Of a DNA stretch of 64,000 bases, positions 19,514 through 28,595 are shown piece by piece. The stretch lies in IMG/VR virus record IMGVR_UViG_3300043620_000042. One strand, written 5' to 3'. The notes beneath the pieces are model-generated. The model did no database searches, had not been told where the DNA came from, and saw only the letters and a program-made list of their open reading frames with translations. Origin of the DNA: a virus. How positions within the stretch are numbered: the first letter of the stretch is position 1; the number at the start of each line of letters is the position of its first letter. Position numbers and translations under genes: made by a program.

Positions 19514-20031
19514 AAAAGGGTTGCTTGGATTTGGACGCGACGCGGGGCCGCATCGGCGAAGACAAGGCCAGCGCCGAAACCGAGCGCAAGGCGAGCGGCT
19601 TCAAGGGTGTTTCCGCTGGTCGTTACGTTGTCCACAAAATAGGTTTGGCGTAGGGTCAAAACTTTTCGCGTGCGGGCGAAGTGGTGTTGCTCTGGCCGAA
19701 TTGAGCCAAGCGCGTGCTTGTGTCGGTCGCATTGGGATTGAACGGGTTGCGTGCGGTAAATCGCCTTTGCGAGTTGGGCACCCGTCACGTATCGCGCTAT
19801 GTGGTGAGCGAGTCGGGCGTTTGCGTCGGTGTTGCCGCTGCTGTCGGGTATCGGTACAAGCCAGCATGGGCTGGTGATGAGTGCGGCCATTTCTCGGGCT
19901 GCGGTGTCGAAGTCCACTAATGTACTAGCGATGCTTTTTATCGCGTAGGCGAGTCGGCGGGTTTCGGTCTGCTCTATGGTGAGCGGGCCGTTGCGCGGCG
20001 TTGGATATTTGCGGGCGGCGAGAATTTGCAT
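19510..20031 (-). CDS. Type I phosphoribosyltransferase-like (ComF-like) protein
   Basis: LVPIPDSSG and PRPP-binding-like loop YFVDNVTTSGNTLEAA; start set at ATG 20031. Confidence 0.7.
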   Translation of the reverse strand: MQILAARKYPTPRNGPLTIEQTETRRLAYAIKSIASTLVDFDTAAREMAALITSPCWLVPIPDSSGNTDANARLAHHIARYVTGAQLAKAIYRTQPVQSQCDRHKHALGSIRPEQHHFARTRKVLTLRQTYFVDNVTTSGNTLEAARLALGFGAGLVFADAAPRRVQIQATLF

Positions 20032-20075
20032 GTTGTGATTGCCCGGGCCAGAGAGCTGGACCGGGCTGTTTGGTT

Positions 20076-20495
20076 TCAATCCTCGTCGGGCATCATGACG
20101 GTGATTGCGGGTTGCGGGTCGTCGACATCGAGCGGGCCGCAAGTGGCAATCAGTTTGATGAGGCGGGCGCGGCGGTTGTCGTTGCGGACGTAGAGCGCAA
20201 CGGGCAGTCGTGTTTGACCGGGCTGCGCTTTGGTGCGAGCCGCACTGGCCTTTATCGCAAAGCGAGTCATCCAGACGATGTCCCAAAGCCGGCCGGCTTC
20301 GTCCTGGCCGGTGATGCCGGCCGGAACCGTTACGTATTTGTCATAGACTGCGCGGGTAAGAAAAACGGGGTAAGTGATTCCGGCTTCCCGCGCTACTTTC
20401 GAGACTTCGATTTGAAACCCGTCGGCGATGGCTTGGGAGCGGGTGTAAGAGTAGATAACTGGCCCGAATTGTTCGTTGGTGTTTTGGTTTTCCAT
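20076..20495 (-). CDS. DUF6573-like protein
   Basis: IYSYTRSQAIADG...GQDEAGRLWDIVWM...CGPLDVDDPQPAITVMMPDED pattern typical of this mobile-element family. Confidence 0.65.
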   Translation of the reverse strand: MENQNTNEQFGPVIYSYTRSQAIADGFQIEVSKVAREAGITYPVFLTRAVYDKYVTVPAGITGQDEAGRLWDIVWMTRFAIKASAARTKAQPGQTRLPVALYVRNDNRRARLIKLIATCGPLDVDDPQPAITVMMPDED

Positions 20496-20506
20496 GGCGT
20501 CTCCTT

Positions 20507-21022
20507 TCAGGAATAGAAGTATCCAAGCTCGCGCAAGGAAGTGTGTTTAGGGTTTCCGATGATGACGTGATCGAGGACTTCAATTTTTAGAAGCTGACCT
20601 GCGCGAATGAGGTCGCGGGTTACTTTGATATCGGCTTCGCTCGGCGTGGGTTCTCCGCTCGGGTGGTTGTGCATCAAAACAACTGCCGCAGCACAAGTGA
20701 TGACAGCCAAACGAAATACGCTGATCGGGTGAACTAAAATTGTATCCTGCGTTCCGAATGAAACGATCTGGTGCGCTTTGACTCTGCGGCGGGTGTTAAG
20801 GAGTAGAACCGTAAAGCATTCGCATTCCGGGTTGAAATATGGGTTTTGCGGGACGTGCAAGCGCCAGTATTCGGCGGCTTTGTCGGGTGTGTCGCAGAGT
20901 TGCAAGGTCTCCGGCGTCGGGCATTCGCGGAGCGGTACGACTTTGTACTCGTACGGCTGCGAGCTGAATTTGAACGGTTTCACAAGCTGCTCAAATCCGG
21001 GAAGGGTTTCTGTGGTGTTCAT
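20507..21022 (-). CDS. radC: RadC-family JAB domain protein
   Basis: ECFTVLLLNTR, HNHPSGEPTPSEAD, LLKIEVLDHVII. Start set at ATG 21022. Confidence 0.9.
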   Translation of the reverse strand: MNTTETLPGFEQLVKPFKFSSQPYEYKVVPLRECPTPETLQLCDTPDKAAEYWRLHVPQNPYFNPECECFTVLLLNTRRRVKAHQIVSFGTQDTILVHPISVFRLAVITCAAAVVLMHNHPSGEPTPSEADIKVTRDLIRAGQLLKIEVLDHVIIGNPKHTSLRELGYFYS

Positions 21023-21086
21023 TTTCTGGAAAGTGAAGCGGGGCACAGCTTCGAGGCATCGAAGCCGCCAGCCGTGCCCCATGGTT

Positions 21087-21602
21087 TCATGCGGCGGCCT
21101 GTTCAAGATTCTGTTGCGCTTGTTTCTTGAGGAGTTCTGCGTGTGCGTTAGGAAACCAAGCTTCGTATTTCTCGCGGGGTTCCTGCGTTCCGCGTGGAAG
21201 TGTTTCTCCGCAGGGGTGCTGCCAACACTTCCGGGTGTTGTTCCAATGGAAACCAAGCTGCGAAAGCTCAGCGCGTACGCGTTCAAGCGGTGGTTCGGGA
21301 AAGGTAATCCAAATCCATTTGCCAACTACTTCGGCGAGTTTGAATTGCTCGGGCATCCAGCGTTCGAGTTTTTCGAGGACTTTCTCGACTGAGAGTTTCC
21401 GGTTGAAATCGCGCTCTGCAAAATTCACATAAGGCTTTACCGGAGCGTTTACGGTTCCGGTTTCCTGCGGTGCCGTTTCGGTTTCCGATGCCGTCTCCGT
21501 CTCGGAAGTCTTTGCCGTTTCTGTCTCTGACAACTGCTCGGTTCGGTTCTTGAGCTGTGATCCGGTCTTTCTGTTTGTTTTGTTCTGTTTGCTGGTTTTC
21601 AT
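21087..21602 (-). CDS. Hypothetical phage/plasmid-type protein
   Basis: SETET-repeat N-terminus; EVVGKWIWITF...LSQLGFHWNNTRKCWQHPCG core; ATG sits at the base of a long hairpin. Confidence 0.65.
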   Translation of the reverse strand: MKTSKQNKTNRKTGSQLKNRTEQLSETETAKTSETETASETETAPQETGTVNAPVKPYVNFAERDFNRKLSVEKVLEKLERWMPEQFKLAEVVGKWIWITFPEPPLERVRAELSQLGFHWNNTRKCWQHPCGETLPRGTQEPREKYEAWFPNAHAELLKKQAQQNLEQAAA

Positions 21603-21787
21603 GGTCTTTTTTTTTGATCTCTGCTGCTCGGTTTCGGACTCTCGCCCTTCACCTCCTGAAGCCCGCGCATCAGGGCGGCCCGTGGGAGTAGTCTTCAGAG
21701 GGCACCACGCTCCCGGCCCCCTGATGAAAGCGCGGGCGGGTGAGGGCGAGAGTTTGAAAACTCCGGTGCAGCAGAAGCAAAAAGACC
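21603..21787. other. ~185-nt imperfect stem-loop (ssi/Frpo-like or structured RNA)
   Basis: Nested pairings: GGTCTTTT/AAAAGACC, TCTGCTGC/GCAGCAGA, ACTCTCGCCC/GGGCGAGAGT, TCACC/GGTGA, GCCCGCGC/GCGCGGGC, ATCAGGG/CCCTGAT, CGTGG/CCACG. Confidence 0.75.
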
Positions 21788-21934
21788 TGAAAACGGGGCA
21801 ACAGTGGGGGCAAACAGAACGGGTCAGGCGGAGGAACGGAGCCGAGGCGGGGAGTTTATCTCGAACGAAGTGAGCTGATCGAAGTCTGGCAGCCTGGCTG
21901 GCGATGTCGCATACTCTGGTCCGGGTCTGTTGGA

Positions 21935-22882
21935 ATGAAGTTAAGCGCTGTAATCGACAAATCGCTGTTGCAGGCAATCTGCTCAGAGGGTGAGCCGCAA
22001 CGCGTCGAGTTGTGGCGAGAACTATTGAGTCGTTATCAGATTGTTATACCGTTTGTTCTCGTCGAGGAGGTATGGACTAATCTGGCCTGCCCTCGGTTGA
22101 AGAAGTTGAGTGTGATCCAGGAAATGGTGCGGGCCTTGGCCGCCATGACGTCGTGCTGGATCGAGGAGGAAATGGAAATCGTGTTCGGCGAACTCGTGCA
22201 GAACAAGCGGAGGAAGAGGCTGCCAGCAGCTCCCAAGGCCATCGTCAAAAGGGTGCTTGCTTTGACAGCGAATGAACCCGGGCTTTTGGAGTGGCTGGAT
22301 CAGGCCGAGAAGACTAGGAAGCAGGCTATCGCCGATCGCGTGAAGAGTCAGAGGGATATCTTGGGAGAGGGGAAATTTGTCGTAATTAAAAACGAGGGAG
22401 AATTGTTCGAGCGTTATGTGCGCGAACAGTTCTTAGAAATCGTGGCGTCACCTTCACGGAAGATCGTACTCATGGAAAAAGTGTTCGGACGTACGTTTCG
22501 GCAACGCCATTCGAATTTCAAGCGCCGGATAGAGAAGGCTTTTACTTCTTACAGTAGAGCTACTTTCAAGCATTACCCCATTACTTTGAGCTATTTGATG
22601 GCTGAGATGTTCTACTTTTACGCACCGCTTTGTCGTATTCAACCCAAGTCTGGTCTGACACCTCGAAAGATCATTGGCAGCAAGCGAGCTGAGCAGATCA
22701 ACAATATCCAGGATCAGAAATACGTGGCTGGCGCTTTAATTTGCGACCGGCTGTTGACGTGTGATGAGGGGATGCGGAATCTGCTGCAGATATTTCGGGC
22801 AGCGCGACTCTGGAAGGGCGAAGTAGTTTACATCAATCCAAATGTTGCACTGGGGAACCAAATTCCTCAGCTGCTAAGGTGA
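21935..22882 (+). CDS. Hypothetical protein, possibly PIN-like nuclease
   Basis: N-terminal AVIDKS, VLVEE, and C-terminal NIQDQKY...DRLLTCD give an acidic arrangement like PIN domains. Confidence 0.45.
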   Translation: MKLSAVIDKSLLQAICSEGEPQRVELWRELLSRYQIVIPFVLVEEVWTNLACPRLKKLSVIQEMVRALAAMTSCWIEEEMEIVFGELVQNKRRKRLPAAPKAIVKRVLALTANEPGLLEWLDQAEKTRKQAIADRVKSQRDILGEGKFVVIKNEGELFERYVREQFLEIVASPSRKIVLMEKVFGRTFRQRHSNFKRRIEKAFTSYSRATFKHYPITLSYLMAEMFYFYAPLCRIQPKSGLTPRKIIGSKRAEQINNIQDQKYVAGALICDRLLTCDEGMRNLLQIFRAARLWKGEVVYINPNVALGNQIPQLLR

Positions 22883-22932
22883 GCCTGTCGGGATAAGTAC
22901 GGAGGAGATTGTGAATAACTTGTTGGGTTGGG

Positions 22933-22949
22933 GTGTCAAAAAATGGCAC
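22933..22949. promoter_or_regulatory. Third copy of the 17-bp palindrome (GTGTCA-AAAAA-TGGCAC)
   Basis: Same geometry as 4409 and 4467; 28 bp upstream of ATG 22978, first gene of the phage-like + strand run. Confidence 0.55.
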
Positions 22950-22977
22950 CCCGGGTTTTGTAGAGTGGAGGGCAAAT

Positions 22978-23247
22978 ATGAAAGCTACATTAATGACAAA
23001 ACAAGTTATTGAACCAACAACCGACAACATTCAGGCCGTGCAACACTGGTTTGCGAGCCTTCCACCAGAGCAACAACAGTTCGCGTTTGAACTCTGGAAG
23101 ATGATCCATCGAGCGGATAACAATCATGTGATTGAGGTCAAAAAGATTGGTGAGCGTTTGCGGGCGACACTGATTTATCTTTTGCGTCCTTGTTCGCACA
23201 AGTCGCCGAGCGGATTTGTTCCGCGTGGCAAGTGCAAGTGGAACTGA
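22978..23247 (+). CDS. Small hypothetical protein
   Basis: ATG 22978 preceded by GGAGGG; heads the + strand operon. Confidence 0.45.
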   Translation: MKATLMTKQVIEPTTDNIQAVQHWFASLPPEQQQFAFELWKMIHRADNNHVIEVKKIGERLRATLIYLLRPCSHKSPSGFVPRGKCKWN

Positions 23248-23297
23248 GCGGGCAAGCAAAAGGTTCCTCGACCATCAACAGTATTCACAGGTGGGTT

Positions 23298-24503
23298 ATG
23301 CCTAATTTTATTCAGAAACGTTTTACCAATCCGGAGACGTTCCGGAAGATGCGCCCTGATCTGCTTTTGGCCTGGCTGAAGCAGTCAGAGAGTTTTTACA
23401 CAAAACAAGGCCTGATAATTCCGGCCGATTGCAACGGCTTTGAGCGGAACGCGTTCAATTCGGGTTTTGATTTCGAGCGGCTCGTCCGCGTGTTTATGGA
23501 ACCAACGTCGGACATGCCGGCGGAATTGGTGGAAGGGTTGCACCTGGTCCACGAGATGGGCAGACCTTCGCTCGTGGAGAGCATGTTCGAAGAGGCGCGC
23601 AAGTACGGGTTGGATCTTGGGCTGCCGGAGGACGCAACGCCTGAAGATGTTGCGTTGAAGCTTCTGCTGCTGGACCCGCGAGCATTGGAAAATCTTCGCA
23701 ATTGCGGCCTGTTAACGCGACGCCGGACGTTTGAGTACTTTACGACCGACACCGTGCCAGTCCCGAAGTTCGTTGGCCCGACGTTGGAACAGATTCGAAT
23801 CATCGAGCGGAGGCTTGATGCATTCTATGTCGCTTGGCGTTGCGGTCCAGGAGTGCGGGTGTTCGCTTACTGCCAGCAAAGGGTAGGTCACGATTCGCCA
23901 GAATGGTTCTTCCTGGTTTGGCATGGGGTGAAGCCTCGGCGGGAGGAAGCGATGGAAAGGGGCCAGCCGACTTCACTGATGTACCGGCCGCGCAAGTATG
24001 CCTTGCTGAAATACGACCCGATGCGTGGCGAAATGGGTGTATACAGCAGCGCAGAAATTGAACAAAGAATTCTGCTGAAGGCGTTTGGGGGCGCGCTTTT
24101 TGGACGGGACAATTTCTTTCCTGGCAGGTTGAAGTTTGATTTGCGACCGCTGGTTTATCGCGGTCGCTCGGCGCTGGCATGCGCTGATGTGCCGCCGATT
24201 GAAGACGTGCGCCTGACGGAAGTGCATTTCTTCAGGAGGCGTGCTCCGTGGCGACTGGTCATTCAACGGGCCGATGACTTGTTCGATTTGTTCGAACGTG
24301 GAGAGATTCGGTGGCCGAAGGACTTGACGGAGATCACACGCGCGACGTTCACGGTAAAGCTGTGGCGGGAGAGGCGCCCGCGCCGACTCACAATTATACC
24401 ATGCAATCGGGCGTTGTACGCGCGCGATGAGGAGAGCCCGATATTTGGGAAATGGATGGAGGCACGCGAGATGATCAGACCTGTGACCGTGTTGCAGGAA
24501 TGA
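23298..24503 (+). CDS. Hypothetical protein (401 aa) of the prophage-like element
   Basis: Long ORF MPNFIQKRFTNPETFRKMRPDLLLAWL...; no family recognised with confidence. Confidence 0.7.
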   Translation: MPNFIQKRFTNPETFRKMRPDLLLAWLKQSESFYTKQGLIIPADCNGFERNAFNSGFDFERLVRVFMEPTSDMPAELVEGLHLVHEMGRPSLVESMFEEARKYGLDLGLPEDATPEDVALKLLLLDPRALENLRNCGLLTRRRTFEYFTTDTVPVPKFVGPTLEQIRIIERRLDAFYVAWRCGPGVRVFAYCQQRVGHDSPEWFFLVWHGVKPRREEAMERGQPTSLMYRPRKYALLKYDPMRGEMGVYSSAEIEQRILLKAFGGALFGRDNFFPGRLKFDLRPLVYRGRSALACADVPPIEDVRLTEVHFFRRRAPWRLVIQRADDLFDLFERGEIRWPKDLTEITRATFTVKLWRERRPRRLTIIPCNRALYARDEESPIFGKWMEAREMIRPVTVLQE

Positions 24504-24571
24504 CCGGAGGCCGAAGTTCGGCTTTCCATATTTCAAATGTCTAAACATAAGGAAACAGAGAGAAGAAAATT

Positions 24572-24964
24572 ATGAAAAAAAGGTTTGGAGAATTACCGAT
24601 TGGCGCGCGGTTTTGTTATCGGGCGCATCGGTATGAGAAGATGACGTCGGCGGTCGGGCGGCATGAGGAAAACGGTGGGAGCGTGTTTCATGCGAGCACG
24701 GAAGTGGTAGCCCTCACCCTTAATCCCTCTCCCGTTCCGAATGGGAGAGGGGCAGCCTCGACGCCTCGCGTTGTGCCGCTCGCGGCGACTGCGGTTCCGA
24801 AGGAGCCGAGGGATCGGTTGCCGAGTGAAGAACAGCGGGCTGCGGCTCTGGAAATGTTGCGCCAACTTTGTCCGCCGTACCGGCCGCTGCCAGATGGTTG
24901 GCACGGAACCTACGTGGATGAGGCGAACTCTAAAGAAAGGAAAAATTATGGAACAGGAAATTGA
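24572..24964 (+). CDS. Small hypothetical protein
   Basis: MKKRFGELPIGARFCYRAHRYEK; overlaps the next gene start. Confidence 0.5.
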   Translation: MKKRFGELPIGARFCYRAHRYEKMTSAVGRHEENGGSVFHASTEVVALTLNPSPVPNGRGAASTPRVVPLAATAVPKEPRDRLPSEEQRAAALEMLRQLCPPYRPLPDGWHGTYVDEANSKERKNYGTGN

Positions 24965-26189
24965 TTGGGAGCAGGAGATTTATGGCCGTGGTTATGAAAA
25001 GCTCGATTGGGAGCGCGAGCGAAAGAAAAAGCGCGACTTCTGGGTCGCGCTTGATGGGATGTCAACTGGCGTAGCGTTGATATTTGATTGGTTTTGGACC
25101 TTCGGTTCATCGGTGGACGTGATCCGGCCGTTTCTGAAATTGACGGGCGAAAAGACTGAGTCTTTTCCGTGCCCAGCGGAAACGCCGTGCGGTTGCCGGC
25201 ACACGATCGGAGAAACGCGCCGTGACGAGCTGATTGCGACGTGCTGTTGCGAGTGGCGGTGTGGGACGTACGAGCTTGAACCGGCGGACATCTTGTTTCA
25301 TGGCGTCGATTTTGAGCGGTTCGGCGGCGCCATTCGGCAGGCGCTTGGATTTGCGAAACCGAGCGAGGCAGGTTATGTCAGCGCGGGCCTGCGGGAGATT
25401 GCGACGCACGCGGCTGCGACGGTTCCGGTGTATTTAAGCCTGGAAGGGCCTGATGGATTGTTGCGCGAGTTGACGAAATTGCTTGGCCAGCGGGACGTTC
25501 CATTCCTCGTGCTGACTCCAACTGGGAGCAGTTGGAGCCCTGAGGTGGAAGCGATGGCGCGGCCGCATGCGGGCGGGCACATTTCGCTGTCGTCGGTTTT
25601 GGGTGCTTCCCCGGACGGGTTCACGTCGAACGGGGCTATTGAGCCGATGCTGGCGGAGTTCTCGAAGCGTTTAATCAGGGGGAGCAACGTGGCGACGGTG
25701 GTGCAACGAATCGACGACAACTTGCAGGCGATTGCAAAGGGTTCCGCCGATTTGCGGCAGGAAAACCGCGAGTTGAAGAGTGCGAAGCAGCGGCTCGAAG
25801 GGATGCTGGCGGGCGGAATGTTTGCGTTCATGCGGAGGGTGGATGCGAAGTCATTTCACGTGTTCTGCACGATTTTGGCGGAGGGCGATGTATCGAAAGC
25901 AGCGCGAACGTTGGGGATGGGCGATTCGACTTTGCGGGATCTGCTACGAGATTGGCGAGGCCGCGGCGGTGCCTATAAGCGAATGCTGGACGTGGTGAGA
26001 TGGCGGAAGCGAGTGGGCCGCACGGAGATGGTGCCGCTGAATGATGACATTATTTTGGGCAAGGCGCGGTCTGCTGATTACCCTGCTCTCCTTTCGGAGC
26101 TGCTGGACGGGTTGCTTTCGATGACGGAGAGCAACTGGGAGGAGCTGAGCAAGGAACTCGCGGAGATGCTGGAGGCAGAGATGGGGTAA
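24948..26189 (+). CDS. Protein with Cys cluster and C-terminal HTH
   Basis: CPAETPCGC...CCCEWRC; coiled coil; GDVSKAARTLGMGDSTLRDLL HTH. Confidence 0.7.
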   Translation: MEQEIDWEQEIYGRGYEKLDWERERKKKRDFWVALDGMSTGVALIFDWFWTFGSSVDVIRPFLKLTGEKTESFPCPAETPCGCRHTIGETRRDELIATCCCEWRCGTYELEPADILFHGVDFERFGGAIRQALGFAKPSEAGYVSAGLREIATHAAATVPVYLSLEGPDGLLRELTKLLGQRDVPFLVLTPTGSSWSPEVEAMARPHAGGHISLSSVLGASPDGFTSNGAIEPMLAEFSKRLIRGSNVATVVQRIDDNLQAIAKGSADLRQENRELKSAKQRLEGMLAGGMFAFMRRVDAKSFHVFCTILAEGDVSKAARTLGMGDSTLRDLLRDWRGRGGAYKRMLDVVRWRKRVGRTEMVPLNDDIILGKARSADYPALLSELLDGLLSMTESNWEELSKELAEMLEAEMG

Positions 26190-26277
26190 CGCCCAAAATT
26201 AGCGACCCGGCGCCGATAAACGGTCAGCAATTAAACGAAGCGCGATCGCCAGGGTTCGCTGCATGCAATGTACTGTC

Positions 26278-26775
26278 TCAGTTGGAATTGCTTAAGCGAT
26301 CCGCGAAATGGTTAACTGCGTCGTCAAACGCTTGTTGAAAAAGCCGCCATCGTTCCGCGGGACTCACCTTGTTTAACTTCCCCCTTTTCAAGAGACGTTC
26401 ATCGACTTCAAAATCGCGGTTGTCCTTCTTGAATTCTGCGAGTCGGAATCGAACGTCGGCTAGGTAATAGTTGAAAGTGAAACCCTTTGCCCTCTTATCC
26501 TGCTGAAAGTTAATCGCGTTAGTTTCCAACATCTCACCTAAAAAATAGGTCGCGTGTTCATTCGTCTCTTTCAGTTCCCCTGATTTGTCCGCCAAGAACG
26601 CGGCTCGCCACAGGGCGAATCCAATGCTGACTAAGGTCTTCGCCTGGTATCCCAACTTTCGATTTTTCCAGCACTTTTTAGGCGTGATCAGCTCATACAG
26701 CCGCGCACATACCCCCTGATTTTGCCTCCGGCTTTCAACCAGCCACTTCAAATGTTTCGGGTCTGGGGTTTGCAT
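26278..26775 (-). CDS. Hypothetical helical protein (antisense moron)
   Basis: 165-aa ORF with lower-GC appearance, inserted against the operon direction. Confidence 0.65.
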   Translation of the reverse strand: MQTPDPKHLKWLVESRRQNQGVCARLYELITPKKCWKNRKLGYQAKTLVSIGFALWRAAFLADKSGELKETNEHATYFLGEMLETNAINFQQDKRAKGFTFNYYLADVRFRLAEFKKDNRDFEVDERLLKRGKLNKVSPAERWRLFQQAFDDAVNHFADRLSNSN

Positions 26776-26964
26776 TTTGATCGTTGGGTCATGCTTTCAA
26801 TCATCAAAGCAGGTTTGCGTTCAGGGCGCAACCGAAGGCTCTGGCTTCGTTGTCCGCGATTTTTCCCGCGATTTTTTTATTTTTCGCGGACCGTTGATAC
26901 TCAGGCACTTACGTAGCCTTTTCTGACTGGTTTACTCCTTATTTCCGCGAAATCCGGAAGGGGT

Positions 26965-27261
26965 GTGAGTGCAAATACGAAATCCGAAGTTCGAAATCTG
27001 AAGGGAGAGCGCGACGGAAGCATGTTCAGCGCTCCGTTGCGTTTGCTGACGAAGGATGAGCTTGCGGCGGCATTGCGCGTTTCTCCGCGCACGGTTCAGG
27101 AGATGGTCTCGGGCGGGGAGATACCCGTTGTGAGGGTTCGCGGTGCGGTGCGGTTCTGTCTGCCCGATGTGGTCCGGTGCCTTACGGCAAACGCGGTGAG
27201 TTCGAAGCGAGGGTGCGCTCATCGGCTGGCTTCGGAAAGCGAAGCTGAGGTGGGCGCGTGA
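26965..27261 (+). CDS. Excisionase-like HTH (HTH_17/MerR-like) DNA-binding protein
   Basis: LLTKDELAAALRVSPRTVQEMVSGGEIPVVRVRGAVRF. Confidence 0.8.
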   Translation: MSANTKSEVRNLKGERDGSMFSAPLRLLTKDELAAALRVSPRTVQEMVSGGEIPVVRVRGAVRFCLPDVVRCLTANAVSSKRGCAHRLASESEAEVGA

Positions 27262-27731
27262 GAGCGATAGTTGCGATTGATCCGGGCAAATCGGGAGGAA
27301 TCGCGATTTCGCGATTCGGCAAAGTGGAGTGTTACGCGATGCCGGAGACGCAAGGTGATCTGCTCGCGTTGCTGCGGAGCTTTAGAGCTGCGGCAGATGT
27401 CGAGGGACACAACCTGGTTTGTGTTCTGGAGGAGGTCAGCGGCTTTGCCGGCAAGGCGCAGCCGGGTTCGGCCATGTTTCGCTTCGGGGAACACTTTGGA
27501 TTCGTGAAGGGTGTAGTTCAAGCGCTCGGGATTCGGTTGGTCCTTGTGCGTCCGCAGGCTTGGCAAAAGGGCTTCGGACTTGGAACAGCCGCAGCCTGTC
27601 ATTCGAAAAGTGAGTGGAAGAACAAGCTGAAGGCGGAAGCGCAACGGAGGTTTCCTCAACTCAGCGTGACGCTCAAGACAGCGGATGCGTTGCTGATCCT
27701 GGAGCGCTCGATTTCGGCGGGAAGCGTGTAG
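27258..27731 (+). CDS. Phage-type RuvC-like Holliday junction resolvase
   Basis: AIDPGKSGGIA, VLEEV, AMFRFG...G...G, PQAWQK, ADALLI. Confidence 0.8.
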   Translation: MRAIVAIDPGKSGGIAISRFGKVECYAMPETQGDLLALLRSFRAAADVEGHNLVCVLEEVSGFAGKAQPGSAMFRFGEHFGFVKGVVQALGIRLVLVRPQAWQKGFGLGTAAACHSKSEWKNKLKAEAQRRFPQLSVTLKTADALLILERSISAGSV

Positions 27732-27784
27732 CTACCGCCAACACAGACAAAAAACCAACAACTAAAGAGAAAAGAACAAACCAA

Positions 27785-28519
27785 ATGAAAATCAAAGCGA
27801 ATAACAGTGACTTCGAACCCTGCCCTGAATTTACGGGCAAAGCCGTGTGCGTGGACGTGACGCCGTTGCGTAAGCAGCAAAGCCAGTATGGCGAGCGAAA
27901 TGTTTTCAGAATCGTGTTTGAAGTGGACACAGAAAAGGAAGATGGGGCGCCCTACGCCGTGTGGTCGTCGAATTTCACGCCGACGCTGAATGAAAAGGCC
28001 AGCTTGCGAAAGTTTGTGCGCGGGTGGTTTGGCCGGGACCTGAGCGCAGCGGAGCTGGAGGATTTCGATACTGAGACACTCATCGGCAAGCCGGCTCAGC
28101 TTGTGGTCGTGCATGAGCACAAGGACGGGAAGGTGTACGCGAACATTGCAGCCTGCACGCCGGATAAGTCGGGCGAGTCGTTGAAGCCGTCCGGAAAATT
28201 TGTCCGCGCTAAAGACAGGACTTTGCAGTCGGCCAATGGCGCTGCCGCGCCGGGGACAAGCGGGCAAGGCGGATACCGACGCGCGCAGCAACCGGCTGAG
28301 GCCGGGAGCGAGCATGCTTCTGTGAAAATTCATGTCGGGAAGTGCAAGGGTTTGGAACTGCGGGACCTCGCGCCTGAGCAGGTACAGGCGCTGATCACAA
28401 ACTGGCTGCCAATGGCGAAGGCGACAGCGAAACCCTTGGCCGATGACAAGCGGTTGATGGCTGCCCTGGATTGGTGGCAGGCCGAACAGGAGAAGGCAAC
28501 CGACAACGTCCCGTACTGA
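27785..28519 (+). CDS. Phage ssDNA-binding / NGO0469-like replication protein
   Basis: FRIVFEV...FTPTLNEKASLRKFVRGWFGR...LIGKPAQLVVVH...YANI OB-fold pattern. Confidence 0.65.
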   Translation: MKIKANNSDFEPCPEFTGKAVCVDVTPLRKQQSQYGERNVFRIVFEVDTEKEDGAPYAVWSSNFTPTLNEKASLRKFVRGWFGRDLSAAELEDFDTETLIGKPAQLVVVHEHKDGKVYANIAACTPDKSGESLKPSGKFVRAKDRTLQSANGAAAPGTSGQGGYRRAQQPAEAGSEHASVKIHVGKCKGLELRDLAPEQVQALITNWLPMAKATAKPLADDKRLMAALDWWQAEQEKATDNVPY

Positions 28520-28595
28520 ACTTGATGGGTGGGGAACAGCCGGGGTGATGAGTGGGTGCCTTGTCACCCCGGCACTTACGAATCGGAAAGGAATT

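Noticed and set aside
26850-26955. CCGCGA/TCGCGG motif cluster upstream of the Xis-like gene
   Set aside because: Plausible operator but too short and GC-common to support without a statistical test.
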